NCBI GenBank assembly: GCA_963514005.1
Contig: OY740787.1
Span: 34,410,001-34,474,000, forward strand
From: Raja brachyura
Taxonomy: Eukaryota
DNA length: 64,000 nucleotides
Direction: 5' to 3'
The notes under the pieces were generated by a model. The model was not told where the DNA came from and made no database searches. It was given only the letters and a program-made list of their open reading frames with translations. Positions 9,961 through 23,270 of the stretch are shown here, piece by piece. The position numbers and the translations under genes are program-made. Every line of letters begins with the position of its first letter. The stretch's first letter is position 1.

Positions 9961-10514
9961 TTGACCCGCGTATGATTGAACTAAGAATCCTTTCTTATTT
10001 GATGAAGATAACATCACATAATGTCATGTAATAGAGATTTTGGAAATAAGATATCTTAAGAAATTCACAAGAGAGAAAAGGCCTTGTATGATATACAGCA
10101 GAAATCCTGCTTAGAATTCAATGGCATGATTAGAGTTGGCAATTCTTCCCTTTACGATCTTGTTTCCTGCATTATTCCATAAAAAAAGCTTTACTCACCA
10201 CATCTAGTGTCTGTCGTACAAAAATAACAGACAACCCCACACATAATTTGCCACTCCGCTCACATCCTCTGCTGTCTTTATCACACACACCTGCTTTTTC
10301 TTATCCACAACACATATATTTACCACATTGTCTCACACATTTTCCCAATCCCACATCAGAGTATCGTAAATTAACAAATAGACATGAGAAACTCTGTTGA
10401 AATCCTTTCTATGCAATTGTTATACCAGTTTGGGAAACTGCTTCATTTCTTTGCAGAGTTGGAGAGCACAGAGTTGCAGATGAAAGTTAGGAAGATGTTG
10501 TAGCAGGCTAACAG

Positions 10515-11404
10515 TCTTCTTCTTCTTGCGTGGATTACTGGGTGGATGGCTTTGATGCCCCCAGGGAAAAGCCTCAATGGGCAGTCATTCACGATGTGTG
10601 GGTTGGTCTGGTCTGGATGTCCGCAGTCGCAAGCTGGGCTGTCTGTTATCCCCCACTTATGCTGGTGATGAGCTGTTTTTGCATGGAGGGTACGGATTCT
10701 GTTCAGGGTTAGCTATTGTTTGTGATGGAGGTCAAAACCCGGTGGTTTCACTGTGGGGTCTGTGATAACTTCTCCATTGTTGGTGTTGGCATCTTTCCAG
10801 GCTCTGTGCACTCAAACTTGGAGTCAAAGTCTTCCAGGAATTTAACGGAAGATCAGAAGGGTTTGCTGGACTTCAGGAGCATGTTCTGCAGATTGTTCAA
10901 GTGAGCGTGGATGGGAAGGTCAGGGTTAGCCTCCATAGTGCACCAATCTTTCAACATCGTCTCCCTTCTGCGTATGTTGGGAGTGGCGATATGCGAGAGG
11001 ACAGGGAGCAAGGTGTTGACTTAAGCATCCCTGTGATGACCCGCATTGCAAAGTTTAGGACAGTGTCAACTCATTTGGTGTGGCAGCTATTAGCCCATGC
11101 TGTTAAGCAAAATTCAGCTGTTAAATAGACTAGGGCTAAGCTTGCGGTATGGAGGGTGTGTGCATTGGATCATCAGCTGTTGCCTGCAAGTTTCCTGATG
11201 ATGTTGACTCTTGCTTTCAGTTTATCAGCCACCCTCATCAGGTGCTCACGATAGGTGTGGGTGCGATTCAGGGTGACTCCAAGGTACTTGGGGAATTCTT
11301 CATTCTTCACCGGCTTACTACAAAAGGACACTCGGAGCTTTGCTTTGGCGAGCCGATTGCTGAGGTGAAAGGAAGTGACAGTTGTCTTAGAAGCACAAAC
11401 AAAT
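10515..11404 (-). mobile_element. 5'-truncated Vingi/Ingi-like LINE fragment
   Basis: Minus-strand translation with stops gives AFHLSNR..., KYLGVTL.R...Y.EHL, KLAG, LALVY..AE.C..AW, MRVITG.LKSTP and a C-terminal CDCG.PDQT..HIVNDCP. (GAA)n tail; near-TSD aggctaacag/aggttaacag (10505-10514, 11405-11414). Confidence 0.7.
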
Positions 11405-11739
11405 AGGTTAACAGCATCTCTTTTTCTTTCTATGCTAATTCTGGCTTTCTATCTCAATACTCAGCATGATAATCTGGTGCTGCTTAACTTTGCTAAATAT
11501 CTCCTAACCCTTGTCCCTGTCTCCTTATTACAGATCCATTTGTGGCTGTGTTGCAGCTGAAAGAGAGGAGCCATTTGCATTGTGTTAAACTGAAGATAGA
11601 CACAAAATGCTTTAGTACCTCAACGGGTCAGGCAGCATCTAGCTGAAAAGGAATAGGCAACATTTTGGTGTGGAACCCTCTGCAATGTGTTAAATGTTTG
11701 GTGATATGTTTGATCGTCTTAATGTGTATGGTGATGTAT

Positions 11740-11868
11740 GTGTAGGACTGCAAATGCTGGTTGAAATCGAAGGTAAACACAAAATGCTGGAGTAACTCGG
11801 CGGGGTAGACAGCATCTCTGGAGAGAAGGAATGGGTGATGTTTCGGGTCGAGACCCTTCTTCAGACTT
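11740..11868 (-). mobile_element. Penelope-derived short insert with hammerhead motif
   Basis: Reverse complement reads gtctgaagaagggtctcgacccgaaacatcac...ccagcatttgcag. Confidence 0.75.
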
Positions 11869-12005
11869 ATGTATGGATTTAGGTGGTGTATGAGTGCTGC
11901 CTACACAGATGCCTCCACACAGAGGAAGAGACACGGTTTGGTTGCTCAAAAAAATGGAAGCAACAGGAAGTGTAGCTGATTTTCATACCACCAGTGTCCA
12001 ATTCC

Positions 12006-12215
12006 TGAAGATAGACACAAAATGCTGGATTAACTCAGCGGGCCGGCAGCATCTCTGGAGTGAAGGAATAGGGAACGTTTCGGGTCGAGACCCTTCTTCA
12101 ATCTTGACCCGAAATGTCACCCATTCCTTCTCCCTAGAAATGTTGCCTGTTCCACTAAGTCACTTCAGCATTTTGTGTCTTCAGTTTAAACCAGCATCTG
12201 CAGTTCCTTCCTACA
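12006..12215. mobile_element. Penelope-derived short insert, inverted pair with 14-bp TSD
   Basis: An inverted copy followed by a forward copy, flanked by cagtgtccaattcc (11992-12005 and 12216-12229). Confidence 0.85.
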
Positions 12216-13225
12216 CAGTGTCCAATTCCAATCTGAGAATTATGCTGTAGCAAACATGATCTGGTCTAAGCTTAAATTCAACTCTTGAATGTTGATAAAA
12301 TTGTTAGATTGATAGTAGATTGAATAAATCATAGGTATTTATGACAATTATAGATTTTATCTGACTACATTTCATTGGGAACATGATTCCATTAGAATGT
12401 TAATTTAAGAACACATTTGATTGTATATTGATTTTCTTTACTTAACTTTAGTTTTGTTGATGTTTCAGAATATGATTTTCACATATAAATACTGCTTTTT
12501 CAATAATTCAGTTTATTGAATAAAGAGCAAGGAAGCATTGTCCTGTTGCTGCACCATCAGTTGACATTCCTATTGAAAAAAAGCTGTTGTTACCACTGAA
12601 CCGAGCATCTATGTATCTGATAATCTGAAAGGCTAATCTTTACACAGACTGGAGCAAGTATTACCATATTCTTATCTCCTTATTCTCTCCCTTCACATGT
12701 GATTACTTCTTGTAACATGATCTTTTCCAATTTATCTTGGATATTGCACAGTGATAGCCTATAGCACTGGAATTCAGCACCAGCTTATTTGAGAAGTGAT
12801 GAGATGTGATGAGGAGATATTTTAAAGCAATAGCTGATAACTGGAATGAACTCCAATCTTAACTTTCAAAATAGAATTGGATAAAAAAATGAAAAGGAAA
12901 TACTTCAAGGCCATGTGTAAAGACAGAACTAAGATTAAAATGAAAAGCTCATTGAGATGGTACTGGCTTGATGGACTGATTGGTCATCTTTCGTCCTGTA
13001 TCACCCTACAACTTAAATGCAAGTGTGAGTAATAAATAAAAATAAAAATAATCAACATCTCTTCACAATCATTAGGACATGTAGCAGAAAACATGTTGAT
13101 GTAGAAATTGATAATGGAAGCTATTTAGATATGGGGGCAGGGGTACAGCACTAGATTCAATCGTCCCATAAAATAGCATGGTGATCAGACGGTATGACTG
13201 GCCCAACCCATTTAAAATAGATGTG

Positions 13226-13635
13226 AGTCATAGAGTGATACAGTGTGGAAACATGCCCTTCAGCCCAACTTGCCCACACTGGCCAACGATGTCCCAGCTA
13301 CACAAGTCCCACTTGCCTGCACTTGATCCATATCCCTCCAAACCTGTCCTATACATGGACATGTCTAACTGATTCTTAAACGATGGGATAGTCCCAGCCT
13401 CAACTACATTCTCTGGCAAGGTGTTCCATACATCTACCACCATTTGTGTGAAAAAGGGACACCTTGGATTCATATTAAATCTTTTCCCCTTTACCTTGAA
13501 CCAATGTCCTCTGGTCCTCGATTCCCTTACTCTGGGCAAGAGATTCTGTGCATCTACCTGATCTATTCCTCTCATGATTCTGTACACCTCTATAAGATCC
13601 CCCCTCATCCTCCTGTGCTCCATGGAATAGAGACT
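13226..13635 (-). mobile_element. CR1 LINE 3' fragment
   Basis: LYSME.RRMRGDLIEVY.IM.G.D...SRTRGH..K..G.RF in ORF 13228-13680, plus a 3' UTR. Confidence 0.85.
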
Positions 13636-16600
13636 GGAGTAAAATGTACGATGATCGATATTTGAAACTATTCCTCTCAACTCTGCTCTGTCATTAAATG
13701 ATTTATTTCCTTAAATATCACTGGTTAATCATATTCTATCAATCTCAGATTTAAAATTAGTTAACAACGAATCTCGCAGTAAGGCAGTTCTGATATTTGA
13801 CCACCCTCTGTGTGTAGAAGAGCTTTCTAAGTTTGTTCCTGAAAAAAAAACACAGGAAAAAAACACAGAAAATGCTGGGACTATTCAGAGAGTTGAAGAG
13901 TGTAAGCAATGATCTAGACCTCCTGTTCTGTGGAGGTATGGCTTGTACTTTAGTCTGCATCATCCACATTTTCAGTTGATAGCGCTGCCTGTTTGGTCAT
14001 CACCCTTTGATTTTTGTTGCAATACAATTGCACCTTAGATTGTACTGAAATTGAAGAAATTAGGACACTGCCAAATTAGCAGACATAGATCTGCCTGATT
14101 CATTGCCATTGTCCATACACCAGATGGATGTTAAAGGAGTGGAGTTCCCTTTGTTTCCACTTTAGGTCAGAATTGGCATTTGGTACTCATTAGAAATGTG
14201 CATACAGTGAACGTCTTTACCTGCATAGTGCAAAATTAACAAAGCCATGTCCACCAGTTGGTGTTGGCCAAGAGAGTATAACATTTATTTGCTCTCTTAG
14301 ACAGAGAGATTTATACATCACAATGCATGGCATACTGAAAATACTTCCAGTTTTAGTCAAGAAGGAACAAGATGCATAAATATTCATTGTTACCTCGACA
14401 GCACCTTACTATATGGTACTGTCTTGCTCTGTTCCATCTCCTCCACATCTCTTAAATTTCACTCAAAACTAATTAACCAACATTTCCGAGACTGATTTAA
14501 AATATGCTCAATTTTGCCATTTTCATTTGTGCACATAAACATGATATTGCATTGCAAGCTGCTAATTATTTTATTTGCTTTAATATACTTATTTTGTTAT
14601 GTTTTATTGTTTTATTAATCCATGTGTAGGATAGTCAAATATAACTGAATTGTAAATATACAACTGCACCTGATTAAAAAACAATTTGGACAGAACTCAC
14701 ATCTGCATTCATGTTACTTTTTTTATATCAGTATTTCTCATAACCAATATTCTGCATGAAAATCCAGTAATGCTTTCTGTTCAGTAAATTCACCCCAAAT
14801 AGTAAAACTGCTATCCTAATAATGGAGGAAGGGGGTGGAGTGAGTGACAATCTTTACAATACATTGAATAAACCTTTCAAAATAGAATCACCAAAACATA
14901 GATGTGTGTCAGGAACTTGTCCATTAAAAATCATTTGCTTCAGCTTCAGTTTTGACTCTCTGTCAGAATATATCTAAAAGTAACAAAATGTAATAATTTT
15001 GTTTTGCTGAATACCTGCAGATTATATAATTTCTCTGTCAACTTTATTTGTGCAATATTACAATTTGTGGATTTGCTGCTGGTAACAACAGGACCTGCAG
15101 GAACATTTTACCAGAGAATATTTGAGGATATGAATGATGTAATTAAAACATGCAATTTATTGAATGTGCTCAGTATGGTAATATACTTTTTGAAGAGGAG
15201 GTGGTTAGATAAAGTCCTTGTGAGTTCCTCAATGTTTGAACATTGATTACCTTTAAATATCCATATCTTCTAAACAAATTTTCAAATTTCAGTTTGTACT
15301 CACGCCCAAAGTCTTTGTGGCATGGCGTGGGAGCTTAAACACTGTCCTGATTCGATTAGTTGGTGGATGATACACTGGTGGGGCAGATCCACCAGACTGG
15401 TGGGGTGGTGCATCCATAAATCGGTGACTAGCTGTTGCCACTGTTTCATGGTAGTGGGAGGAGGGAGGTTGAAGAGATAAAGAGTAGGAAGGGTTAAAGA
15501 AGAGAGAGGCTGGTCTGGGCTTGTCAACAATGGGTGACTGCAGTACAACATGGTCCAAACATCCCTACAGTCTCCAAAATTCTTAAAACTTCTATCTCCA
15601 AAAGAAATTTACTCGGCAAGCAGTAGCATCCTGTGTGCCCATAACTCATGACAGGAAGTGCAAAGTCAAAATTCCATGGGGCACGATATAATGTAGAAAT
15701 AGACTTTACCCTGTTTCATTCATGGAAAGATAGATTTACAGTTGCATATCACGAAAAAAAAAAGTCATACAATTGAATTTCCAGGCATATATGTTGTAAC
15801 TGAATCATCTGTTACAGGTCACAGTATGTCTTCTAGGTTACAGAGTTAATTTGAAAAGGTCTTTCTTTCCCTGCAATATTTATCAAATGTACGTCCCACA
15901 GCGTGGCATAGAATTGTGCTCATGTGCAATAATCATAATGGCTGTCAACCTCAAAGAGCATTCCAGCATTCCAAGCCATTCTAAAAAACATGTGTCTTTG
16001 TGCTCTAAGAGAATTCAGTAATAATGGTATGTTTCAACTATATCCATTCATATTTTATGAGCAGCAATTGTAAAGGAATATTTATAATATCAGTGGGATA
16101 TTCCACAAGCATTTAAAAAAAAAAGATATAAACACATTTGAAATATGAAAATGTAAAATATTCAATACAAGGGATAAATCATTGCAAATCAAACTACAGA
16201 TCATTTAGTCACAGAGCACTTACTTTTAATGTGTAATCAGTAAGGATAAGAAAGATTTACCAGTTTCTAAAAAGAATCCTTATTTTTACAATAGCGGCCT
16301 GACATTTGCAGTCAGCAGTGGAAAAACAGTGCTCTGTGTTAATCTCACTGAATGCCACTCAAAGAGTTTTGACATGGATTATGAGCACAGGCTTCTCCTA
16401 ATCTCTTCCACTACATTTCTATCTACAGTTCATGTGAATGGTACACTGAGATTCATCAACCAAGCAGACTTAAGAATCTTCACTGAGAATCATATTCCAA
16501 GCTGGAAGAATAGAATGAGGAATTATTGAATTTAGATGATAAGCAAAACATTAAATAGTTAAGACTTCTAATGAAAAGGTCTTGAAATGTCAGCTTTGTT

Positions 16601-17998
16601 TTTGCTACACAGATACTGCCTAACTTGCTACATACAGCATTTCCACCCTTTTCTATGTTTACCTCGGAGTGCTACCATCTGTATTATTTTGCTTTGAGAT
16701 GAAGCCACACATACATAGTAATTGTTATCTAATATAATCCTGTCCCAACAGTGAAAACTGATACCCTACTGTTATTATTTCCCCGAAATCGGGTCCACTG
16801 ATTTTATTACTTGTTTTCCGCATGTAGCATTTTTATTCCCCAAGAACAAAGTAAATGATTACCGTTACATTTTGCTTATTGCTATGAGTTAAGTCGTTAC
16901 CTCGTACCTGGCTAAGCCACTCCAGTGCGAAATGTTTGCAGATATAATTTCATGACCTCAAATACATTGCTTTCACAATTGCATTTTGTACTGTCAATAC
17001 ATTAAAATATTCACCAAACCACCCAATTTGATTCAGTCATTACATGGCCATGAATTCAAGATTTATTTTAAAACCTGGTTCAGAATTTGAATACTTCATC
17101 CAGCCTAATGATCTGCTGCAATACTGAGGGTATTCTGCATTATCAGAAATACTGTGTGTTTTTTGATATAATGCAACACCCTTAATCCAAGTACAGCAAA
17201 GTGCCTTAATTAAACTATCTTTTTTCCCTAAAACATTTTCTGCTACAAACTAGTAACCAAGTTACAAACTTGCGACCAAGTTTCTGCCCGAAACGTTGCC
17301 TATCTCCTTCACTCCTTAGATGCTGCTGCACCCGCTGAGTTTCTCCAGCTTTTTGTGTACCCTCGATTTTCCAGCATCTGCAGTTCCTTCTCTAAGACCA
17401 AGTTATCGATGGCTTGAGGCCTACAACAGCCTGGAGCTTGCTAGAATTAGACACCGCTTATAAAAACTGGAGTGTGGAATGGACTTGGAAAATGGAACCT
17501 CTTGCATGGGCACTCAGTAGATTATTTCTGTACAGTTGCTAATTGGGGATATGCTTAGGTATGGCAAGCTTACTTGTCTGTTTGTAAGAAAATAATTTTA
17601 CTGTGTGTTTGTTCTTCACACATGTGACAATAAAGCATAATTGATCCATTGAACCATTGAATTGACTGTTGCTTTTTCTGAGGTAGCACTGCTAATTTCA
17701 AAATAAATAATTGGATATGAAGCACTTTGGGAAGTTGTGATGAAATCGTTAGGAAGTATTAAATGTAAGTCCTTTCTTTCTAAATAACAGAAGAACACGA
17801 GTTAACAGGTGAGGAGTAAGCTGCCATTTAATATAGCTAATTTATGCGAGCCTCAACTCCTATCCTGAGCCAGTTCCCCATTACCCTTAATTTTTCAACA
17901 TAAATATTTACCTATATCCACCTGATGGATATCCAATGAACTGGCCTCTGCCTCCCTCAGTGGAGAGAATGCCAAAGATTCACTACCCACTGCACACC

Positions 17999-19850
17999 CG
18001 CGGATGACTCAGTGGTGCAGTGGTAGAGTTGCCCCCTTACAGCGGCAGGCAACCGGGTTCTATCCCGACCATGTTTTTCTGTACGGAGTTTGTACATTCT
18101 CCCCATGACCTGTGTGGCTTTTCTCCGGGAGTGGTTTCCACCCACACTCTAAAGACGTATTGGTTTATAGGCTAATTGGCTTGGTAAAATTGTAAATTGT
18201 CTCTAGTGTGTGTAGGAGTCAAGTCAAGTCAAGTTTATTTGTCACATACACATATGAGATGTCCAGTGAAATGAAAAGTGGCAATGCTCGCGGACTGTGA
18301 AAACAAACAAACAAACAAACAAACAAACTACAAACTGAATGGAACAGAATCACATATTCTTTTACATATTACATATTGTGGGAGGAAGGAAAAAGGAAAA
18401 TAAAACAGCAATTTAAAAAAAAACACAGTAGAATGGTACAGTAAATTTTGTCCCTGGTGAGATAGGAGTTTACGGTCCTAATGGCCTCTGGGAAGAAACT
18501 CCTTCTCAACCTCTCCATTCTCATAGCATGGCAACGGAGGCGTCTGCCTAACCGTAGTAGCTGGAACAGTCCGTTGCTGGGGTGGAAGGGGTCTCCCATG
18601 ATCTTATTGGCTCTGAAGTTGCACCTTCTGATGTATAGTTCCTGCAGAGGGGCGAGTGAAGTTCCCATAGTGCGTTCGGCCGAACGCACTACTCTCTGCA
18701 GAGCCTTCTTGTCCCGGGCAGAGCAGTTCCTAAACCAAATTGTGATATTTCCGGACAAGATGCTTCCGGAATGGTGTATATCAGTGGTCCAATGTTCTTT
18801 CCCCCCTGGTGGCACAAGTGATGCATTGGCAGAAGTTCGGCATGACCTTCTTGAGATTTAATTTATTAAAATCTCCAGCCACCACCATAGCCGCATCTGG
18901 GTACTTGCTTTGATGTCGACATAGCACATCGTGTAGGGCCGATAGTGCAGCCTAGGTAGATGTCCGCCTGCGGTGGAATGTAGACTATGACGATCACAGA
19001 GCCGAACTCCCGGGGAAGGTAGAATGGGCGGCATGAAATCATCAGATGCTCCAGGTCCGGCGACCAGGAACGGGAAAGCATCTCGATATTTCCAGGGTTG
19101 CACCAGTTGTTATTGGTTACGAAGCAGAGTCCTCCACCCTTGCATTTCCCAGATTCTTCTGTTCTGTCAGCACGATAGACAGTGAAGGACTCGGCTGGGC
19201 AGATTACCTGATCCAGAATCAGCAGGGTCAGCCATGGTTCGGTCCGGCAGAAGATGTTGCAGTCCCCTATGTCCCGTTTGAATCTGACCCTCGCCCTGAG
19301 GTCATCCAGCTTGTTTTCCAGGGACTGGACATTCGCCAGAAGAATGCTGGGCAGAGGAGGACGAAAGGCTCAACGTGTTCTCTGGGTTTTCCTCGTAGCC
19401 GCGCTCTCATTGTTGTTGCAGCAGCCTCTGTTGATATCTGCTGGCCACGCTGGATCGGTAAGTACAGCGTTTAAAAAGTCTCCGTTTGCGCTATAGTTTA
19501 GATTTAAGAGTTTCCCTGCCATACTTCATTAGTACTAGGGAGTTAGAACTTAGAAATAAGTTAAAAAGGAACATGAAAGTTAAAAATACACACAGTTTTC
19601 ACGGAGCAGCCATAACGGCGACTGGACAGGGCCACGCCATCTTGTAGGATAGTGTCAGTGTGCGGGGATCGCTAATCGCCATGGACTAGAGATACGAGAG
19701 ATTCAAGAAAGTTTATTGTCATGTGTCCTTTATAGGACAATGAAATTCCTGCTTTACTTCAGCACAACAGAACATAGAAGGCATGACTACAGAACAGAAC
19801 AAAGTGGTCGAAGGGCCTGTTTCCGCCTTGTATCTCTAAACTAAACTATA
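17999..19850 (+). mobile_element. tRNA-derived SINE interrupted by LINE insertions
   Basis: SINE head and body at 17999-18217 resume at 19643 (tgtaggatagtgt) and end in the ctaaactaaa tail. Confidence 0.7.
18218..19642 (-). mobile_element. Rex1/Babar-like LINE, internally deleted, both ends present
   Basis: 5' end aagatggcg; endonuclease piece CRPFYLPREF..V...VYIPPQAD; C-terminal piece SILSGNIT.WF.N....DKKALQRVVR...HP...LF.LL..GRRLR; (CTTGA)n tail; tgtagga duplicated at 18211-18217 and 19643-19649. Confidence 0.8.
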
Positions 19851-19869
19851 CTCTAAGAGAATACATTTC

Positions 19870-20800
19870 AGGGCATCTCAGTATTAAATAAATGGTTCCC
19901 TACTTTATAACTATATCCTGGTGTTCATGACACTCCCACTACTGACAACTCAATATCTACCCTGACAAGCTTTTAATGTATGTAGCAGCTTCTTGACACC
20001 ACCTTGTCAAATGCCTTTTGGAAGTCTAAATACACTGCATCTATAAGTTTCCTCTATCAACTCACCCTGTCACATCTCAAAGAATTTGTCAAACACGATT
20101 AACCTTCCATTAAACCATATTGACTAGGTTTGATTATATTTAATTTTACTAAAAGATTTGTTATTTATTCTTTCATCATCGACTCTAACATTTTGCCAAC
20201 AATAGGTGTTAAACTAACTGGTCTGTAGTTCCTGCCTTTAAAGGGAGTTGAATTGGCTGTTTTCCAATCAACTTGCACTCTTCTGGAATCATTAAGTAAA
20301 ACAAAATCAACCAATGGGTCCACTTTCTCTGCAGCTGCTTCCTTTAAAGCCCTTGGATGCAGTCCATGGGTCTCAGCAGTTTCATCTGCCTTTAGCTCTG
20401 TGAATTTTTCTAATACTTTGTCCCTTGTGATCGGGATTTTTGTAAATTCTTCCCTGTTATTTGAAATTAGCCCATCTGTTATCTTATGAATATTTCCATT
20501 GTGGTCCATGGTGAAGAATGTTGCAAAAAATTGATTTAACATTTCCTCACGTTTCTTTGTTTCCTGTTATTAATTCACCACCTCATTCTCGAGAGGTCTG
20601 ACACATATCTTAGCTGCTTTCTTCTGATTTATATATCCATAGAGGCTTTCAACGTTTGCTTTAATATTACATGCAAGTTTTCTCTCAAAATCATTTTTCT
20701 CCATTCTTATGGGATTTTTAGTCTTGTGGATCCCTGCTGGATCCCAATAATTTTCCACCCCTCTAGCCTATTACCAGCCCCTGCCACTTTGTGACCTATT
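19870..20800 (-). mobile_element. Old CR1 LINE fragment
   Basis: NYRPVSLTPIVGKMLE, LNQFFATFFT and GLHPR.LKE motifs in ORF 20165-20542. Confidence 0.8.
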
Positions 20801-20847
20801 TATCAATTTAAAATGAGCAAAAAACAAAAGTCTGGAGGAATAAAAGG

Positions 20848-21130
20848 GGTGGCACAGTGGTACAGCAGTAAAGTTGCAGCCTCATAGCACTTGACACCCG
20901 GGTTTGATCCTGACCACGGGTGCTGTCTGTACAGAGTTTATATGTTCTCCCTGTGACTGCATGGGTTTTCTCTGGGTGTTCCGGTTTCCTCCCACACTCC
21001 AAAGACATAGGTTTGTAGGATAATTGGCTCCGGCAAAATTATTAAAATTGTCCCTGGTATGTAGGGTAGTGTTAGTGTATGGGGTGATCGCTGGTTGACG
21101 CAGTACCTCTGAAGTCTAAAGTAAAGTAAA
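20848..21130 (+). mobile_element. tRNA-derived SINE
   Basis: Same family as 1405-1710. Confidence 0.7.
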
Positions 21131-21619
21131 CTCAGCAGGTCAAGCAGCATGTGTGCAGGGAATGGACAGTTAACCTTTCAGGTTGGAAGAGTCTCGACTT
21201 GAAATTTGGTCTGTCTATTCCCTCCACAGATGTTGCCTGGCCCACTGAATCCTCCAGCCTTTATTTTTTTCCTTAAGATTCCAATATCTGCACCTTCTTG
21301 TTTATCAAATCAACATTATCCTTGACCTCCCCTTTAACCACAGATTGTGCATATTTCTCACGAATCTCTCTTTCTAATTGGCGTAAATTCCTGGTGATGA
21401 TTATAGACAGCTGTTAGAATACCTTCCCCAGTTCATCTACTGACGTCTCTTAGCTTATTTTCCCTCTCCACCTTGGAAACGCCACCTACATGCCATTACC
21501 ATTTCCTTTAATTAAGTTTGCCTTCAAACTGCATTTGGAATTGTATCATATTATAGTCACCATCTGCTAGGGGATCTTCAACCACAAATTCTCTTATAAA
21601 CCCTTCTTCATCCTGCTCC

Positions 21620-21936
21620 TTTAGTTTAGTTTAGAGATACAGCACTGAAACAGGCACTTCGGCCCACCGGGTCCGCACCGACCAGCAATCCCTGCACACT
21701 AACACTATCCTACATCCACTAGGGACCATTTTTACATTTACCAAGCCAATTAAACTACAAACCTGTACGTCTTTGGAGTGTGGGAGGAAACCGAAGATCT
21801 CAGAGAAAACCCACGCAGGTCACGGGGAGAATGTACAAACTCCATACAGGCAGGACCCGTAGTCGGGATCGTACCCAGGTCTTCGGTGCTGCATTCGCTG
21901 TAAGGCAGCAAGTCTACTGCTGCGCCACCGTGACCG
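21620..21936 (-). mobile_element. tRNA-derived SINE
   Basis: Reverse-strand copy with tttag tail and tRNA head. Confidence 0.75.
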
Positions 21937-22009
21937 CCTCAATTTAAATGATTTATGGATGTAATTCCCATTTATTTTATTGGCTGTATTCATGCCAACC
22001 TTATTATTG

Positions 22010-23270
22010 ACTGTAGATACCAAATGCTGGAGTAACTCAGCGGGACAGGCAGTATTTTTGGAGAGAAGGAATGGGTGAGGGGAGGGGGTGGGACAAAGAT
22101 AGAATGTAATCAAAGACCATAAGACTAGTGGAAGAACTGGGAAGGGGGTGGGAATAGAGAGAGAATGCAAGGGCTATCTGAAGTTAGAGACGTCAATGTT
22201 CATACCGCTGGGGTGTAAACTACCCAAGCAAAATATGAGGTGCTGTTCCTCCAATTTGCGCTGGGCCTCACTCTGACAATGGAGGAGGCCCAGGACAGAA
22301 AGGTTAGATTGGGAATTGGAGGGGCAGTTGAAGTGGGAGATCAGGTAGGTTATGACGGACTGAGCGGAGGTGTTCAGCAAAACGATCGCCGAGCCTGCGC
22401 TTGGTCTCACCAATGTAGGGAAGTTGACACCTAGAACAGTGGATACAGTAGATGAGTTTGGAGAAACATAGAAACATAGAAACATAGAAACATAGAAACA
22501 TAGAAACATAGAAACATAGACATAGAAACATAGAAATTAGGTGCAGGAGTAGGCCATTCGGCCCTTCGAGCCTGCACCGCCATTCAATATGATCATGGCT
22601 GATCATCCAACTCAGTATCCCGTACCTGCCTTCTCTCCATACCCTCTGATCCCCTTAGCCACAAGGGCCACATCTAACTCCCTCTTAAATATAGCCAATG
22701 AACTGGCCTCAACTACCCTCTGTGGCAGAGAGTTCCATAGACCCACCACTCTCTGTGTGAAAAAATTCCTTCTCATCTCGGTCCTAAAGGATTTCCCCCT
22801 TATCCTTAAGCTGTGACCCCTTGTCCTGGACCTCCCCAACATCGGGAACAATCTTCCTGCATCTAGCCTGTCCAACCCCTTAAGAATCTTGTAAGTTTCT
22901 ATAAGATCCCCTCTCAATTTTGGGAGTTCAGCAAAGAGCCTATAGCGCGCTATAGGATCTTTGCTCATCGGATCGCTCCGTGCCTCGCTCGGGTCCCCGC
23001 GAGGTGCAAGTGAACCTCTGCCTCATCTGGAAAGACTCTTTGGGTCCTAGGATGGAGTCGAGGTGGGAGGTAAAGTGACAGGTATTGAATCTCCTGCAGT
23101 TGCAGGGGAAAGTACCTGGGGAGGGGGTGGTTTGGGTGGGAAGGACGAGTTGACCAGGGAGTTTCAGAGGGAACGGTCTCTGCAAAAAGCAGAAATGGGT
23201 GGAGATGGGAAGATGTGGCCAGTAGTGGGATCCCGTTGGAGGTGAAGAAAATGTTGGAGGTTTATATGCT
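22010..23270 (-). mobile_element. Penelope-like element 3' part (GIY-YIG endonuclease), split by a CR1 insertion
   Basis: PGTFPCNCRR..TC...GPK.SFQ.RQRFTCTS, then LIYCIHCSRC.L.YIGETKRRLGDRFAEHLRSVR and RKLEEQHLIF.LGSL.P.GMN. Confidence 0.88.
22463..22918 (-). mobile_element. Young 5'-truncated CR1 LINE with (CTATGTTT)n tail
   Basis: LRGDLIETYKILKGLDRLDAGRLFPM...WNSLPQ, with about 9 units of aaacatag at 22464-22535. Confidence 0.92.
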
